Program-made: the position numbers and the translations under genes
Source of the DNA: an uncultured Planctomycetota bacterium
GTDB taxonomy: Bacteria; Planctomycetota; PLA2; JAEUHO01
Direction of reading: 5' to 3'
Assembly: GCA_963752285.1 (NCBI GenBank)
Contig: CAVVXN010000003.1
Coordinates: 64,001-128,000, forward strand
DNA length: 64,000 nt
The notes under the pieces: model-generated
Seen by the model: only the letters and a program-made list of their open reading frames with translations
Database searches by the model: none
Told to the model about the DNA's origin: nothing
In this document: piece by piece, positions 32,530 to 42,469 of the stretch
How the letters are laid out: every line of letters begins with the position of its first letter
How positions within the stretch are numbered: position 1 is the stretch's first letter

Positions 32530-33974
32530 ATGCCGAGGGGTGGGATCCGCCTGGGTCGGGGGGCCGTGGTCCTCGCGTTCGGAGTGATCCTCCTGCGTGC
32601 CCGGGAGCCGGCGCGGGCCGGGCCTGCGACACTCGAGGTCGGCTACGAGACCACGCGGCTCCTCGGGCCGCTCACCCCGGACGGCCTCGTCGACTACGCC
32701 GCGGCGCTCAACGTGGCGGGCGCGCCGCCGGCGGACGAGAACCTCGCGATCCCCATCCTCAGGATCTTCGGAACCGACGTCCTCAGAGGGGATCGCGAGG
32801 CGGTGCTCGCGTCCCTCCACGCGCCGGCCGACCTGCCTGCGGTGGGAGGATCGCCGACTCGAGCTGCCTCCTCGCGCCGGCGCTCGACGAGCACCCGGGA
32901 GCCCGGGACGAGGCTCTGGACGTGCTGCGGCGCGAGGTGCGCCGGCCCCGGATGTGGTGGCCGGTCGTCGCCGACCCGACGAGCGGCGTCCTCCAGTCCG
33001 CCCTGCCCTCGGAGCACCTCTCGGCCCTCGCGGCCGCCCTGGCGCGGAGGGCGAACGACCGGTGGGCGCAGGGGAGCCTGTCCGAGAGCTGGGGCGACGT
33101 GCGGGCGCTGCTTCGCCTGGGGGGCCTCGTCGAGGACCTGCCGGGGGTCTCCGCGCGATTCCTGGCGTCGGGGATCCTCCGCGACGCCATGGACTGGTTC
33201 GTCCGTTCCCTCGAGTCGGGTGCAGCCGACGAGGCGCTCGCTGCCGCGATGCTCGAGGCTCTTCTTCATCCGCCGGTCCCCGGCGACCTCGCTCACGACG
33301 CCGACGGCATCGATCGCTACCTCCTGTTGAACGCGTTGATCCAGGGTGTCGAGGAGCGTGCGCACCCCGGATCGGGCCCGGGGGCGCGAGGTGGACACGC
33401 CGCCCTCGCCGGGGCACTGAGACAGGTCAACCGTGTCTTCGACGAGGTGGTCCCCCTCCTCCGCGTGCCCACGCGTGAGACCGAGGCGACGGTGGATGCG
33501 CGCGTGGAAGCCCACATGGCCCGCGCGGACGAGCTGGCGAGGCTTCGCTCGGGCGCCGACTCCGACGCCTCCTTCGTCGAGCTCCTGATCGCCGGGGGAA
33601 CGCGAGCCGGGCCCCTCGTCGGAGAGGTCGCCGCCGCGATGTCCCTGCACCTGTTCGCGCTCGCCGCGCGAGACAGGTAAGCGCTGGAGCTCGAGCGGCG
33701 ACGACTGGTCCTCTCGCTCGCCCTTCGCCTCTTCGGGCTCCGCCACGGCGCGTTCCCGGAGACCCTGGAGTCGCTGGTCCCCGCCCCGCTGGCCGCGCTC
33801 CCCACGGACCCGCGGGACGGGACGCCCCTCCCCTACGCGCGCACCCCGGACGGGTGCGTCGTTGGCGACGGGGAGACGGCGATCCACCTCACGTCCTCGG
33901 TCCGGACTCCGCGTCCGAGCGCGAACCCGGAGCCCGCGACCGCCGGCGCGATCCACGGGCCGCCGCCCCGGTGA
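32530..33974 (+). pseudogene. disrupted exported hypothetical gene (frameshift near 32830-32910, in-frame TAA at 33678)
   Basis: The N-terminal motif 'ETTRLLGPLTPDGLVDYAAALN' is in one frame and the coding-like continuation is in another. After the TAA the frame continues with 'LALRLFGLRHGAFPETLESLVP...PTDPRDGTPLPY'. Confidence 0.6.
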
Positions 33975-34048
33975 GATCCGACGTGGCGGCGCGAGGGACC
34001 GGGTGCGCCACCGCGGCGCCTCCCCCGCGCGGTGCGGCCGGTGGCCCC

Positions 34049-35440
34049 TCAGGCGGGGAAGAGGAGAGTCAGGGCGTGCGCGCGGAGGGCCTGGAGCGAC
34101 GTCACGTGCTCGGCGGCGTGCGGGTCGGACGAGACGAGGCACGGGCCGTCGTCGGGGTCGGCCGGCGGGACGCCGTGGCTCCCCTGGACGAGCGAGGGGT
34201 CGAGCGGCACGACGTCCAGGAGGTAGCGGAAGCCGAGGGCCTTCCTCGCGAGGCGCGAGAGGACGCGGAGCCTCGGGAACCGGATCGTGGGGTCCACGAA
34301 GAGCTCGAGCGGGTCGTAGCCGGGCTTTCGGTGGATGTCTACCGTTCGCGCGAAGTCGGGCGCGCGCTTCTCGTCGAGCCAGTACGGGTAGGCGAACCAC
34401 GCGTCCCGCTCGGCGAGGAGCACGAGGTCGCCCGACCGCGCGTGGTCGAGGCCGGCCGCACGAAGCGTCTCGCCCTCGAGCACCTCGGCGACGCCGGGCT
34501 CGGCCCGGAGGAGGTCGCGGACGCGCGCGCGGTCGGAGGGGTTCTCGACGTACACGTGCGCCACCTGGTGGTCGCACACGGCGAACGCGCGGCTCTCGAA
34601 CGTGTCGAGGAGCTCGCCGAAGGGCCCGTCGCGGACCGCGAGGAGCCCGGCCGTCCGGAGCGCCTGGTTCGGGAGGACCGCGCGGGACACCGCCTGGATC
34701 CCGTACTCCGAGAAGGCGACGACCTCGGCGCCGATGTCGCGCGCGGCGTCGAGCACGACGCCCGCCGCCTCGTCCGCCTCCGCGACCCGACGGGGCACGT
34801 CCGCGTGGTCCGGTCCGAACCGCTGCAGGTCGTAGTCGAGGTGCGGCAGGTAGACGAGCGTCAGGGTCGGACGGCGCTCCCGGAGCACGCGGGCCGCGGC
34901 CTCGGCGATCCACCGCGACGATGCGAGGCCCGCGTGGGGGCCCCAGAACGAGAAGAACGGGAAGCGGCCGAGCGCCCGTTCGAGGTCCGGCGCGAGGTCC
35001 GGCGGCCGGCCGTGGACGCCGAACACCTTCGCGCCGTCCGCCCCGTACCAGGGCTTCGGCGTCACGGCGAAGTCCACGGGCGCCCCCTGGTTGAACCACC
35101 AGAAGAGCTTCGCCGACGAGAACGCCGCCCCGCGGCGGCGCGCCGCCGCCCGGGCGGCCGCGTACAGGCACTCGCCTCGGATCAGCGCGTTCGACTGGAG
35201 CCAGAAACGCACCTCGCCGGTCTCCCGGTACAGCCAGCCGTTCCCGACTACCCCGTGCCCCGACGGGGGCAGGCCCGTCAGCGCGGTCGCCTGCGCGGTA
35301 CACGTGAGGGCGGGCAGGACGCCCCGGAGGGACCGCGCGCTGCCCGACCGGGCCAACGCCGAGAGTCGGGGCGCGTGCGGCAGGAGGCGCGACGTCAGAC
35401 CGACGACGTCCAGCCAGACCAGAGGGCGGGGCCCGTCCAC
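34049..35440 (-). CDS. alkaline phosphatase-superfamily nucleotide pyrophosphatase (EboF-like)
   Basis: LDVVGL, PALTCTAQAT, HGVVGNGW, YLPHLDYDLQ, DIHRKPGYDP and GSHG motifs. Confidence 0.87.
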   Translation of the reverse strand: MDGPRPLVWLDVVGLTSRLLPHAPRLSALARSGSARSLRGVLPALTCTAQATALTGLPPSGHGVVGNGWLYRETGEVRFWLQSNALIRGECLYAAARAAARRRGAAFSSAKLFWWFNQGAPVDFAVTPKPWYGADGAKVFGVHGRPPDLAPDLERALGRFPFFSFWGPHAGLASSRWIAEAAARVLRERRPTLTLVYLPHLDYDLQRFGPDHADVPRRVAEADEAAGVVLDAARDIGAEVVAFSEYGIQAVSRAVLPNQALRTAGLLAVRDGPFGELLDTFESRAFAVCDHQVAHVYVENPSDRARVRDLLRAEPGVAEVLEGETLRAAGLDHARSGDLVLLAERDAWFAYPYWLDEKRAPDFARTVDIHRKPGYDPLELFVDPTIRFPRLRVLSRLARKALGFRYLLDVVPLDPSLVQGSHGVPPADPDDGPCLVSSDPHAAEHVTSLQALRAHALTLLFPA

Positions 35441-35513
35441 CCGGGCATCCTACGGACCCGTGGTCCCGTACGATGGTCGAAGCCGCGGCGCCGGGTCGCG
35501 GCCGGGAGGCCCC

Positions 35514-35801
35514 ATGGCCAGGTTGTTCGTGGAGGACGAGGACCGGAGCTACCTCCTGGACCTCGCGCCCGGCGAGTCCGCGGTCCTCGGGCGGAGCGCG
35601 GGCGCCGACGTGCCGCTCGCGGCTCCGCGCGCCTCACGGCGGCACGCCGAGATCGTGGCGCGCGGCGAGGCCCACGCGGTCGTGGACCTCGGCTCGACGA
35701 ACGGGACGCTCTTGAACGGGGCGCCCTTCGCCGGAGCGGGGGACCTCTCCGACGGCGACGTGATCGACGCCGCCGGCTGTCGGATCACGTACCGGCGGTG
35801 A
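35514..35801 (+). CDS. stand-alone FHA-domain protein
   Basis: LGR...SRRHA...DLGSTNGT motifs; GGGAGG RBS. Confidence 0.87.
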   Translation: MARLFVEDEDRSYLLDLAPGESAVLGRSAGADVPLAAPRASRRHAEIVARGEAHAVVDLGSTNGTLLNGAPFAGAGDLSDGDVIDAAGCRITYRR

Positions 35802-37000
35802 GCGCGCCCGTCGCCTGGGTCCGGCTCGACGGCGAGCGTGTCTCGGTCCCCTGCGTGGGCCTCCCGTTCCGCATCGGGCGGGACCCGCGCTGCGACCTCG
35901 TGGTGGACCACCCCTGTGTCCGGCCTGGACACGCCCAGGTCCGGCGGCCCCGGGGCGAATACCTCATCACGCCCGCCCGCGACGCCCGCGTGCTGGTGAA
36001 CGGCGCCGAGGTCGTCGTGCTGGTGTTGCGTCCGGGCGACGAGGTTCGCCTGGGGGGCGAGCCCGACGCCCCCCGCCTCCGGTTCGAGGACCGCATGGCC
36101 GACGCCTTCGTGCCGCCCGGCCACTCGTTCGCCGAGGGTTGGATCGCGCATCCGGCGTTCGCGACCGCGCCGGGACCCGACGCGTACGGCCCGGGCGCCC
36201 CGCTCGCGGGGCGGGACCCCGCCCGGTGCCGCCGCGTACCCGGACCGGACGGGCACGGCGACCTCGTCGTGAAGGTGCTGGGCGCGGTCCGGTCGCCCGC
36301 CGACGGCGACCACCACCTCCGCCTCCTCTCCCGGCTCGCGGGAGGCGTCGATCCCGGGGTCCAGCGGGTCGTGGACGGCGGCCTCGCCCCGGGGCCGCGC
36401 GGACCGGTCCGGTGGCTCGCCGCGCGCTTCGTCGAGGGCCGCGTCGCCTCGGAGGTGATCGCCCGACACGACGTCCTCGACGCGCGCGACCTCCTCGGCG
36501 CGCTCGTCTCGCTGGCGCGCGGTCTCGCCCACCTGCACGCGCGCGGGGTGCGCCACCGCGACGTGGCGCCGTCGAACGTGGTGCTCCGACCCGACGGTTC
36601 GGCCGCGCTGATCGACCCCGGGCACGCGGTCGTGGCGGACGACGCGCCGCCGGAGGGCCTCGCCGTCGTCGGCACGCCCGGCTACGTCGCGCCGGAGGGC
36701 GTCCTCGCCGGCGGGCCCCCCGCCACGACGGCCGCGGACGTGTACGGCCTCGCGGCCGTCGGCTACGCGCTGCTCGCCGGGCGGCCGCCGGCCGAGGGCG
36801 AGGACGTGCTCGAGACCCTCGCGCTCGCCGCGCGGGCGCCGCCCCCGCCGAGCACGCTCGGCGTCGAGGTGCCCCCCGTGCTCGAGCGCCTCCTGCTCGA
36901 GGCGCTCTCGGCCGACCCGGCCGCGCGGCCCGGCGCCGCCGCGCTCGCGGAGCGCCTGGCCGGGCTCGAGGACGCCCTCGCGGTCGGAGGCGGCGGATGA
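35798..37000 (+). CDS. FHA-like domain plus atypical Ser/Thr kinase
   Basis: IGRD...HAQ...VLVNG; kinase motifs VVK, HRDVAPSN, DPG (in place of DFG), GTPGYVAPE and DVYGL. GTGA overlap with the FHA gene. Confidence 0.8.
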   Translation: MSAPVAWVRLDGERVSVPCVGLPFRIGRDPRCDLVVDHPCVRPGHAQVRRPRGEYLITPARDARVLVNGAEVVVLVLRPGDEVRLGGEPDAPRLRFEDRMADAFVPPGHSFAEGWIAHPAFATAPGPDAYGPGAPLAGRDPARCRRVPGPDGHGDLVVKVLGAVRSPADGDHHLRLLSRLAGGVDPGVQRVVDGGLAPGPRGPVRWLAARFVEGRVASEVIARHDVLDARDLLGALVSLARGLAHLHARGVRHRDVAPSNVVLRPDGSAALIDPGHAVVADDAPPEGLAVVGTPGYVAPEGVLAGGPPATTAADVYGLAAVGYALLAGRPPAEGEDVLETLALAARAPPPPSTLGVEVPPVLERLLLEALSADPAARPGAAALAERLAGLEDALAVGGGG

Positions 37001-38211
37001 GCGACGTGTGGCTCCGAGGCGGGCCGCCGGTCCATCCCTTCGTCTACTCGAAGCGCATCCTCCGGACGGAGCGCGGGGCGAGGGACGGAGACGTCGTGCG
37101 CCTGAGGACCCGGGAGGGCCGGCCGGTCGGCTTCGGGTTCTGGCACGGCGGCTCGCTGATCGCGGTGCGCGTCCTCACGTACGACCCCGACCTCGTGCCC
37201 GACGAGGCGTGGCTCTCCGTCCGGATTCGGGAGGCCGAGGCGATCCGGCGCGACACGCTCCGGCTGCCGTCGCTGACGAACGCGTGGCGCGTCGTCCACG
37301 CGGAGGGGGACGGTCTCTCGGGGCTCGTCGTGGACCGGTACGGCGACGTGGCGTCCGTGCAGGTGTTCAGCCTCGGCTGGGCGCGGCGGCAGGACGAGGT
37401 GGCCCGTGTGCTCGTGCGCGAGACGGGCGTTCACGAGGTGGTGGTCCGCGCCGACGCGAAGGCGGCGCAGCACGAGGGGATGGCCCTCGCACCGCCTGCG
37501 CCGCGACCCCGGGTTCGCGTGGAGGAGCGCGGGGTGCGGTACTGGGTGGACCCCACGGGCGGTCACAAGACGGGCTTCTTCCTCGACCAGCGCGACAACC
37601 GCGCGTTCGTCGCCGCGCTCGCGAAGGGACGCGACGTGTTCGACGGCATGACGTACACGGGCGGGTTCGCCGTCGCGTGCGCCGCGGGCGGCGCCCGCGC
37701 GGTCCGCGGCATGGACCTCGACGAGGAGGCCGTGGCGCGCGCCGTCGAGAACGCGCGCGAGAACCGCGTGGACGTGCGGTTCGACCACGGCGACGTCTTC
37801 GACGCGCTCCGCGCGTACGTCCGGGTCCCCCCCTCCGACCGCCCGGAGGTCGTCGTCGTGGACCCCCCGAAGTGGGCCCGCGACCGCGCGGGGCTCGGCG
37901 CGGCCCTCCAGCGCTACCGCGACCTGAACCGCCTCGCGCTCGACGCCGTCCGCCCCGGGGGCGTCGTCTGCACCTGCTCGTGCTCCGGCCTCGTCTCGGA
38001 GGAGACCTTCCTCGACGTCGTACGCGCCGCGGCCCTCGACCTCGGTCGCGAGACGCGGGTCCTTCACGTCGGCGGCGCCGCGCCCGACCACCCCGTGGCC
38101 TTGTCGTTCCCGGAGGGTCGCTACCTGAAGTGCGTCGTGCTGGCCGTCGGTGCGCCCCGCTCGGGTCCCGGCGGGAGTGCGCAGGCGGGGCGCGGTCCCA
38201 CCGGTCCCTGA
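36997..38211 (+). CDS. RlmI-like SAM-dependent rRNA methyltransferase
   Basis: EGDGLSGLVVDRY, GHKTGFFLDQRDNR, YTGGF, DPPK, CSCS, DHPV and PEGRYLK motifs. Confidence 0.9.
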   Translation: MSDVWLRGGPPVHPFVYSKRILRTERGARDGDVVRLRTREGRPVGFGFWHGGSLIAVRVLTYDPDLVPDEAWLSVRIREAEAIRRDTLRLPSLTNAWRVVHAEGDGLSGLVVDRYGDVASVQVFSLGWARRQDEVARVLVRETGVHEVVVRADAKAAQHEGMALAPPAPRPRVRVEERGVRYWVDPTGGHKTGFFLDQRDNRAFVAALAKGRDVFDGMTYTGGFAVACAAGGARAVRGMDLDEEAVARAVENARENRVDVRFDHGDVFDALRAYVRVPPSDRPEVVVVDPPKWARDRAGLGAALQRYRDLNRLALDAVRPGGVVCTCSCSGLVSEETFLDVVRAAALDLGRETRVLHVGGAAPDHPVALSFPEGRYLKCVVLAVGAPRSGPGGSAQAGRGPTGP

Positions 38212-38221
38212 CCCGAGCCCG

Positions 38222-38968
38222 TCAGCCGCGCTTCGCCTGGTTCGCGACGGCCTCTGCGGCGCGGCGCGCCGCCTCGGGGTCGCCGAGGTAGCGATGCGAG
38301 CGCGGGGTCAGGTCGTCCTCCAGCTCGTAGAGGAGGGGGATGCCCGTCGGGATGTTCAGGTCCGCGATCTCGTCGTCCGGGACCCGGTCGAGGTGCTTCA
38401 CGAGTGCGCGGAGGCTGTTTCCGTGCGCGGCGATCAGGACGCGTTCGCCGCGCGAGACCGCGGGCGCGATCTCGTCGTTCCACGCCGGGAGGAAGCGCGC
38501 CACCGTGTCCTTCAAGCACTCCGTCCGCGGGATCTGGTCGGGCGTGAGGTCGCGGTACCTCGGGTCGTGCCCCGGCCACATCGGGTCCGAGGGGTCGAGC
38601 GCCGGCGGGCGCACGTCGTAGCTCCGGCGCCACTGGTGCACCTGCTCCGCCCCGTGTCGCGCCGCGGTCTCGGCCTTGTCGAGGCCCTGGAGCGCGCCGT
38701 AGTGGCGCTCGTTCAGGCGCCAGCTCCGATGGACCGGGAGCCACATCAGGTCGAGCTCCTCCAGGACGATCCAGAGCGTCTTGATGGCGCGCTTCAGGAC
38801 CGACGTGTACACGACGTCGAAGCCGAGCCCCTCCTCGCGCAGGAGCGCGCCGGCCCGGTGGGCTTCCTGGATCCCCTTCTCGGAGAGGCCCACGTCCACC
38901 CACCCGGTGAAGCGGTTCGCCTGGTTCCAGACGCTCTCGCCGTGTCGGAGGAGTACGAGCGTCTTCAT
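38222..38968 (-). CDS. gpmA: 2,3-BPG-dependent phosphoglycerate mutase
   Basis: [27 protein letters not shown] and LNIPTG motifs. Confidence 0.97.
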   Translation of the reverse strand: MKTLVLLRHGESVWNQANRFTGWVDVGLSEKGIQEAHRAGALLREEGLGFDVVYTSVLKRAIKTLWIVLEELDLMWLPVHRSWRLNERHYGALQGLDKAETAARHGAEQVHQWRRSYDVRPPALDPSDPMWPGHDPRYRDLTPDQIPRTECLKDTVARFLPAWNDEIAPAVSRGERVLIAAHGNSLRALVKHLDRVPDDEIADLNIPTGIPLLYELEDDLTPRSHRYLGDPEAARRAAEAVANQAKRG

Positions 38969-39043
38969 CCGGAGGGTCTCCCGTGGGGTACGTCCTGAAC
39001 CTGCCACGCCCCTCGGCGACCGGCAACCGGTGCGCGACGGAGC

Positions 39044-40690
39044 TCAGAGAACGATGGGGCGGGCGATGGGCATCCGCCAGCCGACCCCGAAGGCGGTGGG
39101 GGTGACCTTCAGTCCCGGCGCCATCTGCCGGCGCTTGTACTCGCTGGCCTCCACCATGCGGAGGACGCGCTCCGCGACGGCCGGGTCCTCGCCCCCCCGG
39201 ACGATCTCGGCGAGGCTCGCCCCGTCCTCGACGCGACGCCTCAGGATGCGGTCGAGGACGGGATACGGCGGCAGGCTGTCCTGGTCGGTCTGGTTCGGAC
39301 GCAGCTCCGCCGACGGCGCGCGCTCGACCGTGCGACGCGGCACGAGGCCTCGCGCGAGGTAGAGACGCGCGAGGTCGTACACGCGCGTCTTCCACACGTC
39401 CGAGATCACGGCGAGGCCGCCGCTCATGTCGCCGTAGAGCGTGGCGTAGCCGACCGCCATCTCGCTCTTGTTGCCCGTGGTCAGGACCATCGCGCCCAGC
39501 TTGTTGGACAGGGCCATCAGGATCGTGCCGCGTACGCGGGCCTGCAGGTTCTCCTCCGTGACGTCGAAGGGCCGGCCCCGGAACGACTCCTGGAGCGCGT
39601 CGAGGAACGCACCGTACGGCTCGCCGATCGGGATCGTGGTGAGCGCGACGCCCAGGGCAGAGGCCTGGAGCGTCGCGTCTTCCAGGCTGATGGGCGACGA
39701 GTACGGCCCCGGCATCGCGACGGCGCCCAGCCGGCTCGCCCCGAGCGCCTCGGCCGCGAGGCACAGGGTCACGGCCGAGTCGACGCCTCCCGAAAGGCCT
39801 ACGAGGGCGCGTTCGAAGCCCGTCTTCGCGAAGTAGTCGCGGATGCCCATCACGAGCGCCCGACGCAGCTCGTCTACGTCTCCCTCCTCGCGCGCCTCCA
39901 CCCCGACGGACGCGTCGGGCGGGGCGTTGGTGTCCACCACGCGGAAGTCCTCCTCGAACGACGCGAGTCGCGCGAGAGGCGTCCCGTTCCCGTCGAACAC
40001 CCGGCTCGTGCCGTCGAACAGTACGTCGTCGTTCCCGCCGACCTGCTGCGCGACGACGAGCGGCACGCCCATGCGACGCGCCTCGGCGGCGAAGAGCGAA
40101 CGTCGGTGCGCGTCCTTGCCCTGGTGGTAGGGCGACGCGGCGATCGCCACGGCGAGGTCCACGCCGAGTCGCGCCAAGTCGCCGGGCGGGTCGGCGTCGT
40201 GGAGGCGGCGGCCGCGGACGGACTCCTTCACCCAGAGGTCCTCGCACACGAGGAGTCCCACACGGCGACCGGCGACCTCGACGACGATCGGCACGCGTCC
40301 GGGCTCGAAGTACCGGTACTCGTCGAAGACGTCGTACGTCGGCAGCAGACGCTTCGCGTACACCGCCTCCACCGCGCCGTCGCGGAGCAGCACGGCCGCG
40401 TTCCAGAGGGCCCGTCCGGACGGGCGGGGATTTTGCACGATGGTCCCTACGACCGCCGGAGGGCCGCCCGAGAGCCCCCGGGCGAGCGTGGCGAGGCCCT
40501 CTCCCGCCGCCCGGACGAGCGAGGAGCGCAGGAGGAGGTCGCGCGGCGGATAGCCGACGACGGCGAGCTCCGGGACCACGAAGAGGTCCGCCCGCGCCTC
40601 GCGCGCCCGGGCGCCGGACTCGAGAATCCGGCGGACGTTCCCGGGCACGTCTCCCGGGGTCGTGTCGATCTGCGCCAGCGCCACCCGCAC
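39044..40690 (-). CDS. nadE: glutamine-dependent NAD+ synthetase
   Basis: Nitrilase-fold N-terminus (PEL..GYPPRD, K..LP.Y, CEDLW) plus GLSGGVDS, NLQARVR, TGNKSE and PSAEL. Confidence 0.95.
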   Translation of the reverse strand: MRVALAQIDTTPGDVPGNVRRILESGARAREARADLFVVPELAVVGYPPRDLLLRSSLVRAAGEGLATLARGLSGGPPAVVGTIVQNPRPSGRALWNAAVLLRDGAVEAVYAKRLLPTYDVFDEYRYFEPGRVPIVVEVAGRRVGLLVCEDLWVKESVRGRRLHDADPPGDLARLGVDLAVAIAASPYHQGKDAHRRSLFAAEARRMGVPLVVAQQVGGNDDVLFDGTSRVFDGNGTPLARLASFEEDFRVVDTNAPPDASVGVEAREEGDVDELRRALVMGIRDYFAKTGFERALVGLSGGVDSAVTLCLAAEALGASRLGAVAMPGPYSSPISLEDATLQASALGVALTTIPIGEPYGAFLDALQESFRGRPFDVTEENLQARVRGTILMALSNKLGAMVLTTGNKSEMAVGYATLYGDMSGGLAVISDVWKTRVYDLARLYLARGLVPRRTVERAPSAELRPNQTDQDSLPPYPVLDRILRRRVEDGASLAEIVRGGEDPAVAERVLRMVEASEYKRRQMAPGLKVTPTAFGVGWRMPIARPIVL

Positions 40691-40841
40691 GGTCCGTCTC
40701 CGCTTCCCCGGCGCCGAGTCTACGGCCGCCGGATCCGCCTGGGTTTCGCGGCACCGGAGCCCTTGACGCCCCGGGGGGGAGGGGTATAGGTACCCGCCGC
40801 GACGGGGATCCCCCCCGTCCGGTACCCGAGGAGGCGTCGCG

Positions 40842-41201
40842 ATGGCGTCGAGCCTGTTCGCTTGGGAGATCGACCATCTGTCCTGGCCCTTCGTGCCGTA
40901 CCTCGGCCGGGAGGACGAAGAGGAGGAGCTGGACGAGGACGAGGAGGACGAAGACGACGTCGACGACGAGGAGGAAGAAGAGGACGACGAAGAGCTCGAG
41001 GAGGAAGAGGAAGAAGAAAAAGAAGAGGAAGAGGAAGAGGAAGAGGAGGAGGACGAGGAAGAAGAGGACGAGGAGCCCGACGACGACGAAGAAGAGGACC
41101 TCGAGGACCTCGAAGAGGAAGAAGAGGACGAGGACGACGACTTCGAGGACGACGACGACGACTGGGACGACGACGACGACGACGACGACTGGGACGACTG
41201 A
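40842..41201 (+). CDS. small, extremely acidic (poly-Asp/Glu) protein
   Basis: GAGGAGG RBS 7 nt before the ATG; 23-aa aromatic head then about 96 residues almost all D/E; mixed GAA/GAG/GAC codons hold the frame. Confidence 0.7.
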   Translation: MASSLFAWEIDHLSWPFVPYLGREDEEEELDEDEEDEDDVDDEEEEEDDEELEEEEEEEKEEEEEEEEEEDEEEEDEEPDDDEEEDLEDLEEEEEDEDDDFEDDDDDWDDDDDDDDWDD

Positions 41202-41207
41202 CCCGCG

Positions 41208-42386
41208 TCAGCCCGGCGGAGCGAGGAGCGTCAGCCAGGTCTCGCCGTAGCGTTCGGCGCGCTTCGGCCCGACGTCGCGACAGAGGGCGAGGTCCTCGAC
41301 GCGCGACGGCACTTCGTTCACGAGCCAGCCGAGGGCCCGGTTGGGGAGCACGACGAGGTTCGGGACCTTGCGTCGGCCCGCCTCCTCGCGACGCCACGCG
41401 CGGAGGCGCTCTTCGCGTGCGCGGACCTGCTGGCGGCGCGCCTTCTCCTCGGGGCTCGGACGTTCGCGCTCCTCCGGCGCGGGCCCGCGTCCCTCGCGCA
41501 TGTCCTCGAGGCCGGCGCGGACCGCGTCGAGCACCTCCCGGCCGAACCGCCGCCGGTGACCGGGAGAGAGCGCGCGGAGGTCGTCGACCTTTCTCGGCGG
41601 CGGCCCCCCGTGCTGGGCGATCTCGACCATCGCGCGCGGCGGGATCACCTTGAAGGGAGGGCGGTCGAGGCGTGCGGCCTCCGCGTCGCGCCAGCACCAG
41701 AGGCGCGCGAGCACCGCGCGACCGCTCGCGTCGAGTCGGTTCGCCCCCTTGAGGCCGCGCCACCCCTCCGGGTCGAAGACGACGGGCGTGCCGCGGCGCT
41801 CCGCGAGGCGCTCGAACTCGATCTCCGCCTCCTCGCAGAGGTCCGCCTCCTCGAGGCGCGCACGGAGCCGCTCGTACAGGCCGGGGAGGTAGAGCGTGTC
41901 GTGATGAAGGTACTCGATCTGCTCCGGCGAGAGGGGCCGCCGGCCCCAATCGGCCGTCTGGAAGCGCTTGTCGAGCTCCACGCCGTACGCCTCGCGGACG
42001 AGGTCCGCGAGCCCGACCTTCGGCTCGCCCAGGATCGTGGCGGCGATCATGGTGTCGAATACGTGCCGGAACTCGACGCCGTGCTCGCGGGAGAGCAGGG
42101 CGATGTCGAAGTCGCCCCCGTGGAAGACGCACACGTTGTGGTCGCGGGTGGTCACCCCCGCCACGGGTTCGAGGCTTCGGACCGCGAACAGGTCCACGAT
42201 CGTGCTCTCCCCGTCCGCGGTGATCTGGAGGACGCACGCGCGTTCGCGGTACACGTAGAGCGAGTTCGCCTCCGTGTCGAGGGCGATCACCCGCGCGCGG
42301 GCGAGGCGATCACCGACCCGCGCGAGGTCCTCGTCCGTCTCGACCAGACGCGGCGGTGCTTCGGGAGGCTCCGGCAGGGGCGGCAC
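41208..42386 (-). CDS. rnd: ribonuclease D (3'-5' exonuclease plus HRDC domains)
   Basis: ALDTEA, FDTMIAA, ADWGRRPLS and two HRDC-like segments; GTG start with TATGCT 6 nt upstream. Confidence 0.88.
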   Translation of the reverse strand: MPPLPEPPEAPPRLVETDEDLARVGDRLARARVIALDTEANSLYVYRERACVLQITADGESTIVDLFAVRSLEPVAGVTTRDHNVCVFHGGDFDIALLSREHGVEFRHVFDTMIAATILGEPKVGLADLVREAYGVELDKRFQTADWGRRPLSPEQIEYLHHDTLYLPGLYERLRARLEEADLCEEAEIEFERLAERRGTPVVFDPEGWRGLKGANRLDASGRAVLARLWCWRDAEAARLDRPPFKVIPPRAMVEIAQHGGPPPRKVDDLRALSPGHRRRFGREVLDAVRAGLEDMREGRGPAPEERERPSPEEKARRQQVRAREERLRAWRREEAGRRKVPNLVVLPNRALGWLVNEVPSRVEDLALCRDVGPKRAERYGETWLTLLAPPG

Positions 42387-42469
42387 CCGCGGAGCATACT
42401 CCGCGCGCGCGGCTGCCCCGCCCCGTTCGCGCGGTGCGCGGTCCACGCGGCTTCGCGGCTCGGGTTTCC

